64,000 bases of DNA, taken from Eledone cirrhosa. Its lineage: Eukaryota. Within the stretch, counting starts at the first letter, position 1. Each line of letters starts with the position of its first letter. Positions 1 to 11,900 of this stretch are shown here, piece after piece. The notes under the pieces were generated by a model. It searched no databases and had not been told where the DNA came from. It saw only the letters and a list, made by a program, of their open reading frames with translations. A program made the position numbers and the translations under genes. The stretch covers positions 142,662,001-142,726,000 of the forward strand of contig OZ024742.1 in assembly GCA_964016885.1 (NCBI GenBank), given 5' to 3'.

Positions 1-3000
1 AATGTACCACTGAGCTGATTCAAATTTTCCCAGCCAGCCATCCACCTAATCTACGAAGGTATTTTAGCCTACATATTGTCGTTAATATTATGATGTTCCC
101 TGCTGTATTAGCGTTAAATTTTCCCTGCTGTATTAGCGATAAATTTTCGAGGGTTTCTCTTAGTAGCTTTTTTCATGACGTTATTATTGTTAATTTTACT
201 GATGTAGTATTAACTTGGATATTTACCATGCGACCCTCAGTTTGCCATTCTTCTCTGCTAAAATGTACCACTGAGCTGATTCAAATTTTCCCAGCCAGCC
301 ATCCACCTAATCTACGAAGGTATTTTAGCCTACATATTGTCGTTAATATTATGATGTTCCCTGCTGTATTAGCGTTAAATTTTCCCTGCTGTATTAGCGA
401 TAAATTTTCGAGGGTTTCTCTTAGTAGCTTTTTTCATGACGTTATTATTGTTAATTTTACTGATGTAGTATTAACTTGGATATTTACCATGCGACCCTCA
501 GTTTGCCATTCTTCTCTGCTAAAATGTACCACTGAGCTGATTCAAATTTTCCCAGCCAGCCATCCACCTAATCTACGAAGGTATTTTAGCCTACATATTG
601 TCGTTAATATTATGATGTTCCCTGCTGTATTAGCGTTAAATTTTCCCTGCTGTATTAGCGATAAATTTTCGAGGGTTTCTCTTAGTAGCTTTTTTCATGA
701 CGTTATTATTGTTAATTTTACTGATGTAGTATTAACTTGGATATTTACCATGCGACCCTCAGTTTGCCATTCTTCTCTGCTAAAATGTACCACTGAGCTG
801 ATTCAAATTTTCCCAGCCAGCCATCCACCTAATCTACGAAGGTATTTTAGCCTACATATTGTCGTTAATATTATGATGTTCCCTGCTGTATTAGCGTTAA
901 ATTTTCCCTGCTGTATTAGCGATAAATTTTCGAGGGTTTCTCTTAGTAGCTTTTTTCATGACGTTATTATTGTTAATTTTACTGATGTAGTATTAACTTG
1001 GATATTTACCATGCGACCCTCAGTTTGCCATTCTTCTCTGCTAAAATGTACCACTGAGCTGATTCAAATTTTCCCAGCCAGCCATCCACCTAATCTACGA
1101 AGGTATTTTAGCCTACATATTGTCGTTAATATTATGATGTTCCCTGCTGTATTAGCGTTAAATTTTCCCTGCTGTATTAGCGATAAATTTTCGAGGGTTT
1201 CTCTTAGTAGCTTTTTTCATGACGTTATTATTGTTAATTTTACTGATGTAGTATTAACTTGGATATTTACCATGCGACCCTCAGTTTGCCATTCTTCTCT
1301 GCTAAAATGTACCACTGAGCTGATTCAAATTTTCCCAGCCAGCCATCCACCTAATCTACGAAGGTATTTTAGCCTACATATTGTCGTTAATATTATGATG
1401 TTCCCTGCTGTATTAGCGTTAAATTTTCCCTGCTGTATTAGCGATAAATTTTCGAGGGTTTCTCTTAGTAGCTTTTTTCATGACGTTATTATTGTTAATT
1501 TTACTGATGTAGTATTAACTTGGATATTTACCATGCGACCCTCAGTTTGCCATTCTTCTCTGCTAAAATGTACCACTGAGCTGATTCAAATTTTCCCAGC
1601 CAGCCATCCACCTAATCTACGAAGGTATTTTAGCCTACATATTGTCGTTAATATTATGATGTTCCCTGCTGTATTAGCGTTAAATTTTCCCTGCTGTATT
1701 AGCGATAAATTTTCGAGGGTTTCTCTTAGTAGCTTTTTTCATGACGTTATTATTGTTAATTTTACTGATGTAGTATTAACTTGGATATTTACCATGCGAC
1801 CCTCAGTTTGCCATTCTTCTCTGCTAAAATGTACCACTGAGCTGATTCAAATTTTCCCAGCCAGCCATCCACCTAATCTACGAAGGTATTTTAGCCTACA
1901 TATTGTCGTTAATATTATGATGTTCCCTGCTGTATTAGCGTTAAATTTTCCCTGCTGTATTAGCGATAAATTTTCGAGGGTTTCTCTTAGTAGCTTTTTT
2001 CATGACGTTATTATTGTTAATTTTACTGATGTAGTATTAACTTGGATATTTACCATGCGACCCTCAGTTTGCCATTCTTCTCTGCTAAAATGTACCACTG
2101 AGCTGATTCAAATTTTCCCAGCCAGCCATCCACCTAATCTACGAAGGTATTTTAGCCTACATATTGTCGTTAATATTATGATGTTCCCTGCTGTATTAGC
2201 GTTAAATTTTCCCTGCTGTATTAGCGATAAATTTTCGAGGGTTTCTCTTAGTAGCTTTTTTCATGACGTTATTATTGTTAATTTTACTGATGTAGTATTA
2301 ACTTGGATATTTACCATGCGACCCTCAGTTTGCCATTCTTCTCTGCTAAAATGTACCACTGAGCTGATTCAAATTTTCCCAGCCAGCCATCCACCTAATC
2401 TACGAAGGTATTTTAGCCTACATATTGTCGTTAATATTATGATGTTCCCTGCTGTATTAGCGTTAAATTTTCCCTGCTGTATTAGCGATAAATTTTCGAG
2501 GGTTTCTCTTAGTAGCTTTTTTCATGACGTTATTATTGTTAATTTTACTGATGTAGTATTAACTTGGATATTTACCATGCGACCCTCAGTTTGCCATTCT
2601 TCTCTGCTAAAATGTACCACTGAGCTGATTCAAATTTTCCCAGCCAGCCATCCACCTAATCTACGAAGGTATTTTAGCCTACATATTGTCGTTAATATTA
2701 TGATGTTCCCTGCTGTATTAGCGTTAAATTTTCCCTGCTGTATTAGCGATAAATTTTCGAGGGTTTCTCTTAGTAGCTTTTTTCATGACGTTATTATTGT
2801 TAATTTTACTGATGTAGTATTAACTTGGATATTTACCATGCGACCCTCAGTTTGCCATTCTTCTCTGCTAAAATGTACCACTGAGCTGATTCAAATTTTC
2901 CCAGCCAGCCATCCACCTAATCTACGAAGGTATTTTAGCCTACATATTGTCGTTAATATTATGATGTTCCCTGCTGTATTAGCGTTAAATTTTCCCTGCT

Positions 3001-3113
3001 GTATTAGCGATAAATTTTCGAGGGTTTCTCTTAGTAGCTTTTTTCATGACGTTATTATTGTTAATTTTACTGATGTAGTATTAACTTGGATATTTACCAT
3101 GCGACCCTCAGTT
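1..3113. repeat. 261-bp tandem repeat array, ~11.9 apparently identical copies, truncated by the left window edge
   Basis: AATGTACCACTGAGCTG recurs at 1, 262, 523 and onward; the ORF track shows an exact 87-aa period. Each monomer has an internal ~25-bp duplication (TTCCCTGCTGTATTAGCG(T/A)TAAATT). The array stops after GCGACCCTCAGTT at 3113. Confidence 0.97.
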
Positions 3114-6100
3114 CCTACCTCACAATTTCCCTCCCCCCCACCCCCACACACCACCATAGTCTATTCGACCAATCAAACCTAGCATGCCATTTCCACTGCT
3201 GCTGCTGCTACTACCTGCCTAACTAACTCTCTCCTCCTCTGGCGCATCCCAACACACCCTGCCATTACCCCACCACCACTGTCCTTCTAGCCCTCAATTT
3301 TCCCACCGTTAGGGATGGATGAGCTGGGAATACACGAGCAACTCTGAATCAATAGATGAAATATGAATCTGCGAGCTACCAAGCACCCACGTGAAGCGCC
3401 AACCCAGAGACCCTCCCCTACGAGTGTCGACAAATGCCCAAAACTCCGAGTTGGTACCATCAATGTAGGCTCAATGAAAGGAAGAGCAGGAGAAATCGTA
3501 GAAATGCTAGAGCGAAAGGAAGTTGATGTATGCTGTGTGCAAGAGACTAGATGGAGAGGAGGGTCTGCTAGAGTCCTTGTAGGAAAAAGCCAGTGCTACA
3601 AATTTTTCTGGGTGGGAAATGACGATGGGATGGGTGGTGTAGGTATACTATTAGCTGACAAGTGGGTAGATAAAGTAATCTCAGTGTACAGGGTAAATGC
3701 AAGAATCATTAAACTCAGACTAGTCCTGAATAAGACAATTACCACAATAATATCAGCTTACGCACCCCAATCGGGGCTGCCAGACGAACTTAAGGATAGG
3801 TTTTACGAGTCCCTAATACACACTACTGCTCTAACAGACGACAAGGACTTCCTAATCATTGCAGGAGATTTTAACGGACACGTAGGTAAACACTGCGACG
3901 GCTTCAATAGAGTACATGGAGGCCATGGAGTTGGCACAAGGAATGAGGAAGGATTCAGACTTCTAGAATTCTGCGACGCCAATGACATGTCGATATGTAA
4001 CACAAACTTTAAAAAACCCGACAACCACCTGATCACCTATAGATCAGGGGAGCACTCTAGTCAGTTAGATTTTATCCTCATCAGAGGACGTGACAGATGG
4101 ACGGTCGTAAACACAAAAGCCTTCCCTAGTGAGGAATGTACATCCCAACATAGCTTAGTTGTCAGCGACCTCACGGTCAGAACTAGACGAGCCCTGAAAC
4201 AGAGGCCAACCTGGAGAAGAAAGATCTGGAAGCTGAAAGTCCCCTCAACCAGTAACAGATTTAAAGATATTTTACTCAACGCCTACGACAGTAAAGAAGA
4301 ACAGATAGAGACATTTAACGTAGAAGAGAACTGGGAGTTCCTAAAAAATAACTTACTAGAGGCGACGGATGAGGTTTGTGGCTGGAGTAAGACCTCAAGC
4401 AGGAGGAGAGTGACTTGGTGGTGGAACAATAAGGTAGATGAAGCAGTCAAGGCCAAGAGACAGGCATGGAAAGAATGGAAGAACGGGGGGAGCAGGGTAC
4501 ATTACATAGAGACCAAGAGGGAAGCTAGGCGACAAGTATACTTAGCTAGGAGGGAAGCAGAGGATAGAAAATTCAAGCATGTTTTACAACGTGAGGACCA
4601 GAAACAGGAGGTATTCAAGATTGCGAGGCAGTGTGTCAGAGATAGTTGTGATGTCATTGGAGAGAAGTGTATCCGGAATGATAAAGGTGAGCTTGCCCTC
4701 ACAAGTGCTGAGAAGAAAGATGCATGGAAGAGTCATTATGATAGATTACTAAATGAGGAGAATGCATGGGAAGAAGAGACCCTACCCCACGTAGACCCTA
4801 TAGAGGGACCAGCAGTACAAGTCAGCGGCAGCGTAGTAAGTAAGGCAATCAGAGATATGAAGATAGGGAAGGCAACCGGTCCATCGGGTATAGCTGCCGA
4901 GATGCTGAAGGCATCTGGGTCTGTAGGTCACACTATAACCACACGTATCGTTAACCAGGTAATACTAGAGGGGGCCATACCAAAAGATTGGTGCAGTAGC
5001 ATCATTGTCAACTGCTACAAAGGTAAAGGCGATGCACTAGATAGAGGAAACTATAGAGGTATAAAGTTGATGGACCAGGTCATGAAAGTAACAGAAAGAG
5101 TTATAGCACAGCTGATTAGGGACCGGGTGAATATAGACGAGATGCAATTTGGGTTTGTTCCAGGGAAAGGCACCACTGATGCGCTCTTCCTTGTGAGGCA
5201 ATTACAGGAAAAGTACCTAGCTAAAAGTAAGCCACTCTACTTGGCATTTGTCGACCTTGAGAAAGCCTTTGACAGAGTTCCACGTGCAGTAATCTGGTGG
5301 GCTCTTAGAAAACTAGGAGTAGATGAATGGCTTGTGAAAGCGGTACAAGCCATGTATAGGGGAGCAGTCAGCAAAGTTAGGATTGGCAATGAGTATAGCG
5401 AGGAATTTAGCGTACAGGTTGGGGTCCACCAGGGCTCTGTTCTTAGCCCTCTCCTGTTCATCATAGTCCTGCAGGCAATAACGGAGGAGTTTAAGACCGG
5501 ATGCCCATGGGAACTCCTGTATGCTGATGACCTCGCACTCATAGCTGAATCTATGGTAGAACTAGAGAATAAATTCCAAACCTGGAAGCAGGGACTAGAG
5601 AGAAAGGGCCTCAAAGTCAACATGACAAAGACTAAGGTCCTTATAAGTAGACGAGAAAACAGAACCCAGATCCCCTCAGGGAAATGGCCTTGCTCAGTAT
5701 GTAGGAAAGGTGTAGGTAGGAACTCCATTCTTTGCCCCAAATGCAAACAATGGGTACACAAGAGATGTAGCGGGATCTCAGGAAGCTTAATTAAGAATGT
5801 AGGATTCACATGCAGCAGCTGTGCTGAAACAGCAAGCAAACAGCCACAGGAAACAAGTACCTGGGAGGGCCCTGTAGAAACAGTAGACAGCTTCTGCTAC
5901 CTAGGTGACCGAATTAGCAACGGAGGTGGGTGCTCAGAAAGTACAATAACTAGGGTAAGAACGGGATGGAAGAAGTTTAGGGAACTACTACCACTGCTAG
6001 CTGCAAAAGGCTTCTCCCTCAGAATGAAAGGCAGACTGTATGATGCGTGTATCCGAACAGCGATGTTGCATGGTAGTGAGACCTGGGCGCTGAAGGTGGA

Positions 6101-6774
6101 AGACTTACGTAGATTAGAGAGAAACGAAGCCTGCATGCTCCGATGGATGTGTAACAGTAATATACGTGAACGACAAAGCATAAATGAATTGAGAGAGAGA
6201 CTGAGCATAAGAGGAATCAAATGCTGCGTGCAGGAGAGGCGGTTACGCTGGTATGGACATGTGATGCGTATGAAGGATGACAGCTGCATAAAAAGGTGCA
6301 GAGCACTAGAAGTTGATGGAAACCGCGGAGTGGGGAGACCCAAGATGACTTGGGATGAGGTGATAAAAGCCGACCTTACCCAACTACACCTCTCAAAGTC
6401 AATGACACACGACCGTGACTTCTGGCGTCACGCAGTAATACAGGGTACCCGACCTCCCATGGGTACATGCTGAAGCATATAAACAATATGCCCCCCCCCC
6501 CCCACCGCAAGGTGGTCGTGGAGGTGCCACGGCAAAAAAGCACCCAGCCCACACTGTAAAGTGGACGTGTAGGCGCCACGAAAAAGCACCCAGCACTCAC
6601 TGTAAATGAGGTTGGTGTTAGGAAGGGCATCCAGCTGTAGAAATCAAGCCAGATCAGTTCCTGTATGAGCAAGGCATGGTCAGCCGACCAGACACTGCCC
6701 ACAACAGGACAACCCGTCTAACCCATGCTAGCGTGGAAGAACGGACGTAAAACGGTGATGATGATGATGATGAT
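3114..6774 (+). mobile_element. Near full-length RTE-clade LINE (family A): C-rich 5' UTR, single ORF, ~280-bp 3' UTR, (GAT)n tail
   Basis: Single APE-RT ORF with no ORF1. The 3' end CGGACGTAAAACGGT(GAT)n abuts (TA)n. The same 3' end recurs at six other loci in the window. Confidence 0.93.
3363..6473 (+). CDS. RTE-type ORF2 protein: AP endonuclease + reverse transcriptase with internal PHD-like zinc finger
   Basis: APE motifs GTINVGSM, CCVQETRW, SAYAPQ, GDFNGHVG, LDFIL, SQHSLV. RT motifs [52 protein letters not shown]-terminal [23 protein letters not shown]. Uninterrupted 1036 aa. Confidence 0.95.
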   Translation: MNLRATKHPREAPTQRPSPTSVDKCPKLRVGTINVGSMKGRAGEIVEMLERKEVDVCCVQETRWRGGSARVLVGKSQCYKFFWVGNDDGMGGVGILLADKWVDKVISVYRVNARIIKLRLVLNKTITTIISAYAPQSGLPDELKDRFYESLIHTTALTDDKDFLIIAGDFNGHVGKHCDGFNRVHGGHGVGTRNEEGFRLLEFCDANDMSICNTNFKKPDNHLITYRSGEHSSQLDFILIRGRDRWTVVNTKAFPSEECTSQHSLVVSDLTVRTRRALKQRPTWRRKIWKLKVPSTSNRFKDILLNAYDSKEEQIETFNVEENWEFLKNNLLEATDEVCGWSKTSSRRRVTWWWNNKVDEAVKAKRQAWKEWKNGGSRVHYIETKREARRQVYLARREAEDRKFKHVLQREDQKQEVFKIARQCVRDSCDVIGEKCIRNDKGELALTSAEKKDAWKSHYDRLLNEENAWEEETLPHVDPIEGPAVQVSGSVVSKAIRDMKIGKATGPSGIAAEMLKASGSVGHTITTRIVNQVILEGAIPKDWCSSIIVNCYKGKGDALDRGNYRGIKLMDQVMKVTERVIAQLIRDRVNIDEMQFGFVPGKGTTDALFLVRQLQEKYLAKSKPLYLAFVDLEKAFDRVPRAVIWWALRKLGVDEWLVKAVQAMYRGAVSKVRIGNEYSEEFSVQVGVHQGSVLSPLLFIIVLQAITEEFKTGCPWELLYADDLALIAESMVELENKFQTWKQGLERKGLKVNMTKTKVLISRRENRTQIPSGKWPCSVCRKGVGRNSILCPKCKQWVHKRCSGISGSLIKNVGFTCSSCAETASKQPQETSTWEGPVETVDSFCYLGDRISNGGGCSESTITRVRTGWKKFRELLPLLAAKGFSLRMKGRLYDACIRTAMLHGSETWALKVEDLRRLERNEACMLRWMCNSNIRERQSINELRERLSIRGIKCCVQERRLRWYGHVMRMKDDSCIKRCRALEVDGNRGVGRPKMTWDEVIKADLTQLHLSKSMTHDRDFWRHAVIQGTRPPMGTC

Positions 6775-7088
<314 letters not shown>

Positions 7089-7094
<6 letters not shown>

Positions 7095-7697
7095 TGTTGT
7101 TTACTCGAGAGAAGGCTGCGTTGGTATGGACACATGATGCGCATGAAAGTCGATAGCTGTATTACAAAGTGCAGGGCAATAAAGATAGACGGTAGCCACG
7201 GAATAGGCAGACCTAGAAAAACATGGGATGAGCTGATAAACTCCGACCTCACACACTTACACCTCTCCAAGACAATGTCACTGGACCGTGACCTTTGGCG
7301 GTACTCAGTAACAGAGAAGACCCGCCTTGCCAGTAGGCATCTCTAACAAACTACACCCCGTCCCGCCACCACCCCCACCCCATCCACACCACCCCGTTCT
7401 ATGTAAAGTTATGTTGGTGCCGCGCCATCCAGGCCGAAACAAATGAGATCGTGTAGGTGTCACAACAAAAAAACACACAGTCCACGCTGTAATGTGGCCG
7501 TGTAGGCAACACGGTAAAAACCTCCCAGACCCACACTGTAAATGTGGTTGGTGTTAGGAAGGGCATCCAACTGTAGAAAACCTGCCAGACAGTCCTATGC
7601 GAGCAAGACAATCACTCTTGCCTCAAGTGGGACTACCCCCGTCCAAACCCATGCAAGCGTGGAACACGGACGTTAAACGTTGATGATGATGATGATG

Positions 7698-7699
<2 letters not shown>
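7089..7699 (+). mobile_element. RTE family B 3' fragment (ORF C-terminus, 3' UTR, (GAT)n tail)
   Basis: [19 protein letters not shown]...[11 protein letters not shown]; UTR motif TTGGTGTTAGGAAGGGCATCCA; tail GGACGTTAAACG(TGA)n. Confidence 0.9.
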
Positions 7700-7728
<29 letters not shown>

Positions 7729-7769
7729 CATATATCATATATATATATGTATATATATATACATATATC

Positions 7770-7806
<37 letters not shown>

Positions 7807-7869
7807 CATATATCATATATATATATATATGTATATATATATATGTATATATATATATATACATATATC

Positions 7870-7902
<33 letters not shown>

Positions 7903-7914
7903 TATACATATATC

Positions 7915-7945
<31 letters not shown>

Positions 7946-7970
7946 ATGTATAATAAACAATACAATATAA

Positions 7971-8046
7971 TTACCTCATTACCAGAGGTTTCCCGAATAA
8001 GACGAATACGAAAGAAACGTCCTCATTCGTTCGTCAGACGAGGCAA
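7971..8046 (-). ncRNA. Minimal type I hammerhead ribozyme fold (Penelope-like terminus)
   Basis: Minus strand reads TTGCCTCGT-CTGACGA-a-CGAATGAGGACG..CGTCTTATTCG-g-GAAA-CCTCTGG-TA/ATGAGGTAA. Stem I is 9 bp with GU pairs and the cleavage triplet is GUA. Flanking inverted repeat at 7945-7973/8072-8100. Confidence 0.72.
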
Positions 8047-9117
8047 TATAAAACATAGTGAAATATTTCACTAATTATATTGTATTGTTTATTATACATT
8101 AAATTTTGCTCTAGTACTTACATAGAGCACTCTTCACTCCTATGACTTTTTCAATTTTCAATGGAAACTTCAATACATATATATATATATATACATATAT
8201 CATATATATATATATGTATATTGGAAAATGTGTGTAATCCTTGGTACAGTTAGGTATATTAAGATAGGGGTGAAGAAAAAATGGCTTCACTTGTCCTTTC
8301 AACAAATCTATTTTCTTCACAAAATCTAAAAAGAATTTTTTTCCGGATTAGAAAAAATTTTTTTCTTTAAAAAAATTTATTTTATAAATTAAGTTGTTGG
8401 TTGTTGGTTAGGTCTTAGGAGTTCTTGGTTAACGTAGGAGGTATTGTTTCGTTTTTAGAACGACCTTTCACGCTGAGGTGCACTTGTCAAACTGATGTGT
8501 ATGTGGTGTGTTGTTCTATATATAGGGATTTAACATGTCTGTGGTGTGGTGGAGGTTTTTTTCTCCCCCTTTAATAAGTGTATGGCTGTAGGTGTGTTGA
8601 AAAAGTGTTAATAGCAGTAATGAGTTGAGACGGTGAGTAGGGTTGGGTGGGGAGAAATGTAGCAAGTGCGGCCTGCCCCGCTCATTCTCGAAAAATTCCT
8701 TTATTCAGGGGAAAAAGCTTTTAGTATTCCTTTGTGTTGAGAATGGTCATAGGCAAACCGCACCTGCCAAGTTTGTAAACAATTATTTTTTTCTGAAGAA
8801 TTTTTCTACGTACATCCCAAAATTAGTCCTTTGTTCAACACAAACATATGTGCGTATATACGTACATACACACACGGGCATATGTAGGAATATATAGGCA
8901 CACACCATCAATCACACACCCATGTACATATACATCCACATACATACACAAAAACATATAAAGACACATATAAAAACATATATACACATACGTACACACA
9001 CAAATATGTACTCATACCTCCACATGGGTATATATCTATATATATACATACATACATATACATACATATACACACATAAAGATACATAACTAAATATACA
9101 TATATACACATACACGC

Positions 9118-9156
<39 letters not shown>

Positions 9157-9235
9157 TACACACACACACATACACATATACATATGTCCGTATATATATA
9201 CCTCCGTTCACACATACATGCATACACACACACAC

Positions 9236-9267
<32 letters not shown>

Positions 9268-9271
9268 GCAT

Positions 9272-9318
<47 letters not shown>

Positions 9319-9419
9319 CATATATATATATACATATATGTACACAAACACATACACACATATACACACATATACATACATATACACATATATATACATA
9401 TATATACACATATATATAC

Positions 9420-9469
<50 letters not shown>

Positions 9470-9605
9470 GTATATATATATATACATATATATATATACA
9501 TATGTATATATATATATACATATGTATATATATATATATATACATATATATACATATGTATATATATATATATATACATATATCATATATATATATATGT
9601 ATATA

Positions 9606-9648
<43 letters not shown>

Positions 9649-9696
9649 GTATATATATATATACATATATCATATATATATATATATACATATATC

Positions 9697-9742
<46 letters not shown>

Positions 9743-9753
9743 CATATATATAT

Positions 9754-10072
9754 ATGGGTACAAGCTGAAGCATATAGACAATATGCCCCCACACCCCCCA
9801 CCGCAAGGTGGTCATGGAGGTGCCACGGCAAAAAAGCACCCAGCCCACACTGTAAAGTGGACGTGTAGGCGCCACGAAAAATGCACCCAGCACTCACTGT
9901 AAATGAGGTTCGTGTTAGGAAGGGCATCCAGCTGTAGAAGTCAAGCCAAAATCAGTTCCTGTATGAGCAAGGCATGGTCAGCCGACCAGACACTGCCCAC
10001 AACAGGACAACCCGTCTAACCCATGCTAGCGTGGAAGAACGGACGTAAAACGGTGATGATGATGATGATGAT
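9754..10072 (+). mobile_element. RTE family A 3' UTR fragment
   Basis: Near-identical to 6459-6774; flanked by TA tracts. Confidence 0.92.
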
Positions 10073-10211
10073 ATATATATACATACATATATATATATAT
10101 GTATATATATATCATATATATATATATATACATGCATATATATATATATATATACATACATATATATATATATACATACATATATATATATATATACATA
10201 CATATATATAT

Positions 10212-10254
<43 letters not shown>

Positions 10255-10339
10255 CATATATATATATATATATACATACATATATATATATATATATACA
10301 TACATATATATATATATATACATACATATATATATATAT

Positions 10340-10454
<115 letters not shown>

Positions 10455-10455
10455 A

Positions 10456-11472
10456 CTTTGAATAACTTTGAAATGTTTTGGCCAGTATTGGCCCAGGCCA
10501 TGTCTAACTTAATAGCACCACCTGGCGAAGTCTTTCAATTCAGGATTTGGGCACCATGGCCCATTCGAGAAGAGAATTACTGTTTGCGGAGACATATCCG
10601 GGTGTGGGTGGTTTGTCCAGGATTACTTGGAGGAATTTGTCCAAAGACTTCTTGAATTTTGTGTGGTCAGTTTCTGTTTTGACGTGTCCTGGTGTGATGT
10701 TGAAGAGAGCAGGGCCGATTGAGGTGAAATAATTGTGCCGTATTGTTGTTATGAGTTGCGATTTAGATTTTTGAATGGGACGGATAGCACGGGGCCCAAG
10801 CCTTAGGTGTATCTTGAAGGCGATGCCAACATCATTTGGGCAGTGATGATGGAACATGTTCCACATCATGCAGATAATATAACACTCACGGCGACGTTGG
10901 AGTGAGTAAAGTTTCAGGTTTTCTAATCGACCCCAGTAGTCAAGGTCTGACATGCCATCTATCTTTTTCGTGATTGCCCTTTGAGGAGCTTCAAGTTTCA
11001 TGATACTTTGTTTCGTGTGGGGAGACCACAGTGGACAACAGTATTCAAGGTGTGGTCGGGCAAAAGTAGAGAAGAGAAGGATAATGGTGCGGGAATCTCT
11101 CGACTGGAAGGTTCTGAGGATCCAGGAACACATTCTGCGGGCCATGTCAACTTTGCTGCTTATATGCGTGGTCCAGCTTATGTTGCTGTCCACGGTTACT
11201 CCCAAGTCTCTGATGTTGTTAGATGCCACGAGAGTTTCCCCGGAAGGAAGGGAGTACGGGAGTTTCAGAGCATCCTCTTTTCCAAAGTGGATCAGTTCGA
11301 ATTTGTCTTCGTTCAGTAACATGTTCTTCTTTTCTGCCCATTGGGTAACAGCCAGTAGGTCTGACTGAAGGCTTATCCAGTCATCCACGCCATTGATGAC
11401 CTTTTGGAGCTTGGAATCATCAGCGAAAATTTTAATGTTGCTGTGTTTGATGATGTCAGTGATGTCATTAAT
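10456..11472 (-). mobile_element. CR1-like LINE 3' fragment (RT C-terminal half)
   Basis: [47 protein letters not shown]; stop at 10540. The 5' end is lost in a TA tract. Confidence 0.85.
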
Positions 11473-11618
11473 ATACATACATATATATATATATATATAT
11501 ACATACATATATATATATATATACATACATATATATATATATATATATACATACATATATATATATATATATACATACATATATATATATATATATACAT
11601 ACATATATATATATATAT

Positions 11619-11659
<41 letters not shown>

Positions 11660-11748
11660 TATATATATATATACATACATATATATATATATATACATAC
11701 ATATATATATATATATATATACATACATACATATATATATATACATAC

Positions 11749-11821
<73 letters not shown>

Positions 11822-11856
11822 CATATATATATATATATATACATACATATATATAT

Positions 11857-11897
<41 letters not shown>

Positions 11898-11900
11898 CAT

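Noticed and set aside
180-260. Ribozyme within the 261-bp monomer (CTGATGTAG hairpin)
   Set aside because: The core is not CUGANGA and there is no GAAA half; no HDV-like fold could be built by eye.
1-3113. CRISPR-like array next to a reverse transcriptase
   Set aside because: Monomers are fully identical with no variable spacers, the unit is 261 bp, there are no cas genes, and the RT is a eukaryotic LINE ORF2.
3803-6702. Antisense ORFs over the LINE (and equivalents over other copies)
   Set aside because: Shadow ORFs of the RT coding strand and UTR; they recur only because the element is repeated.
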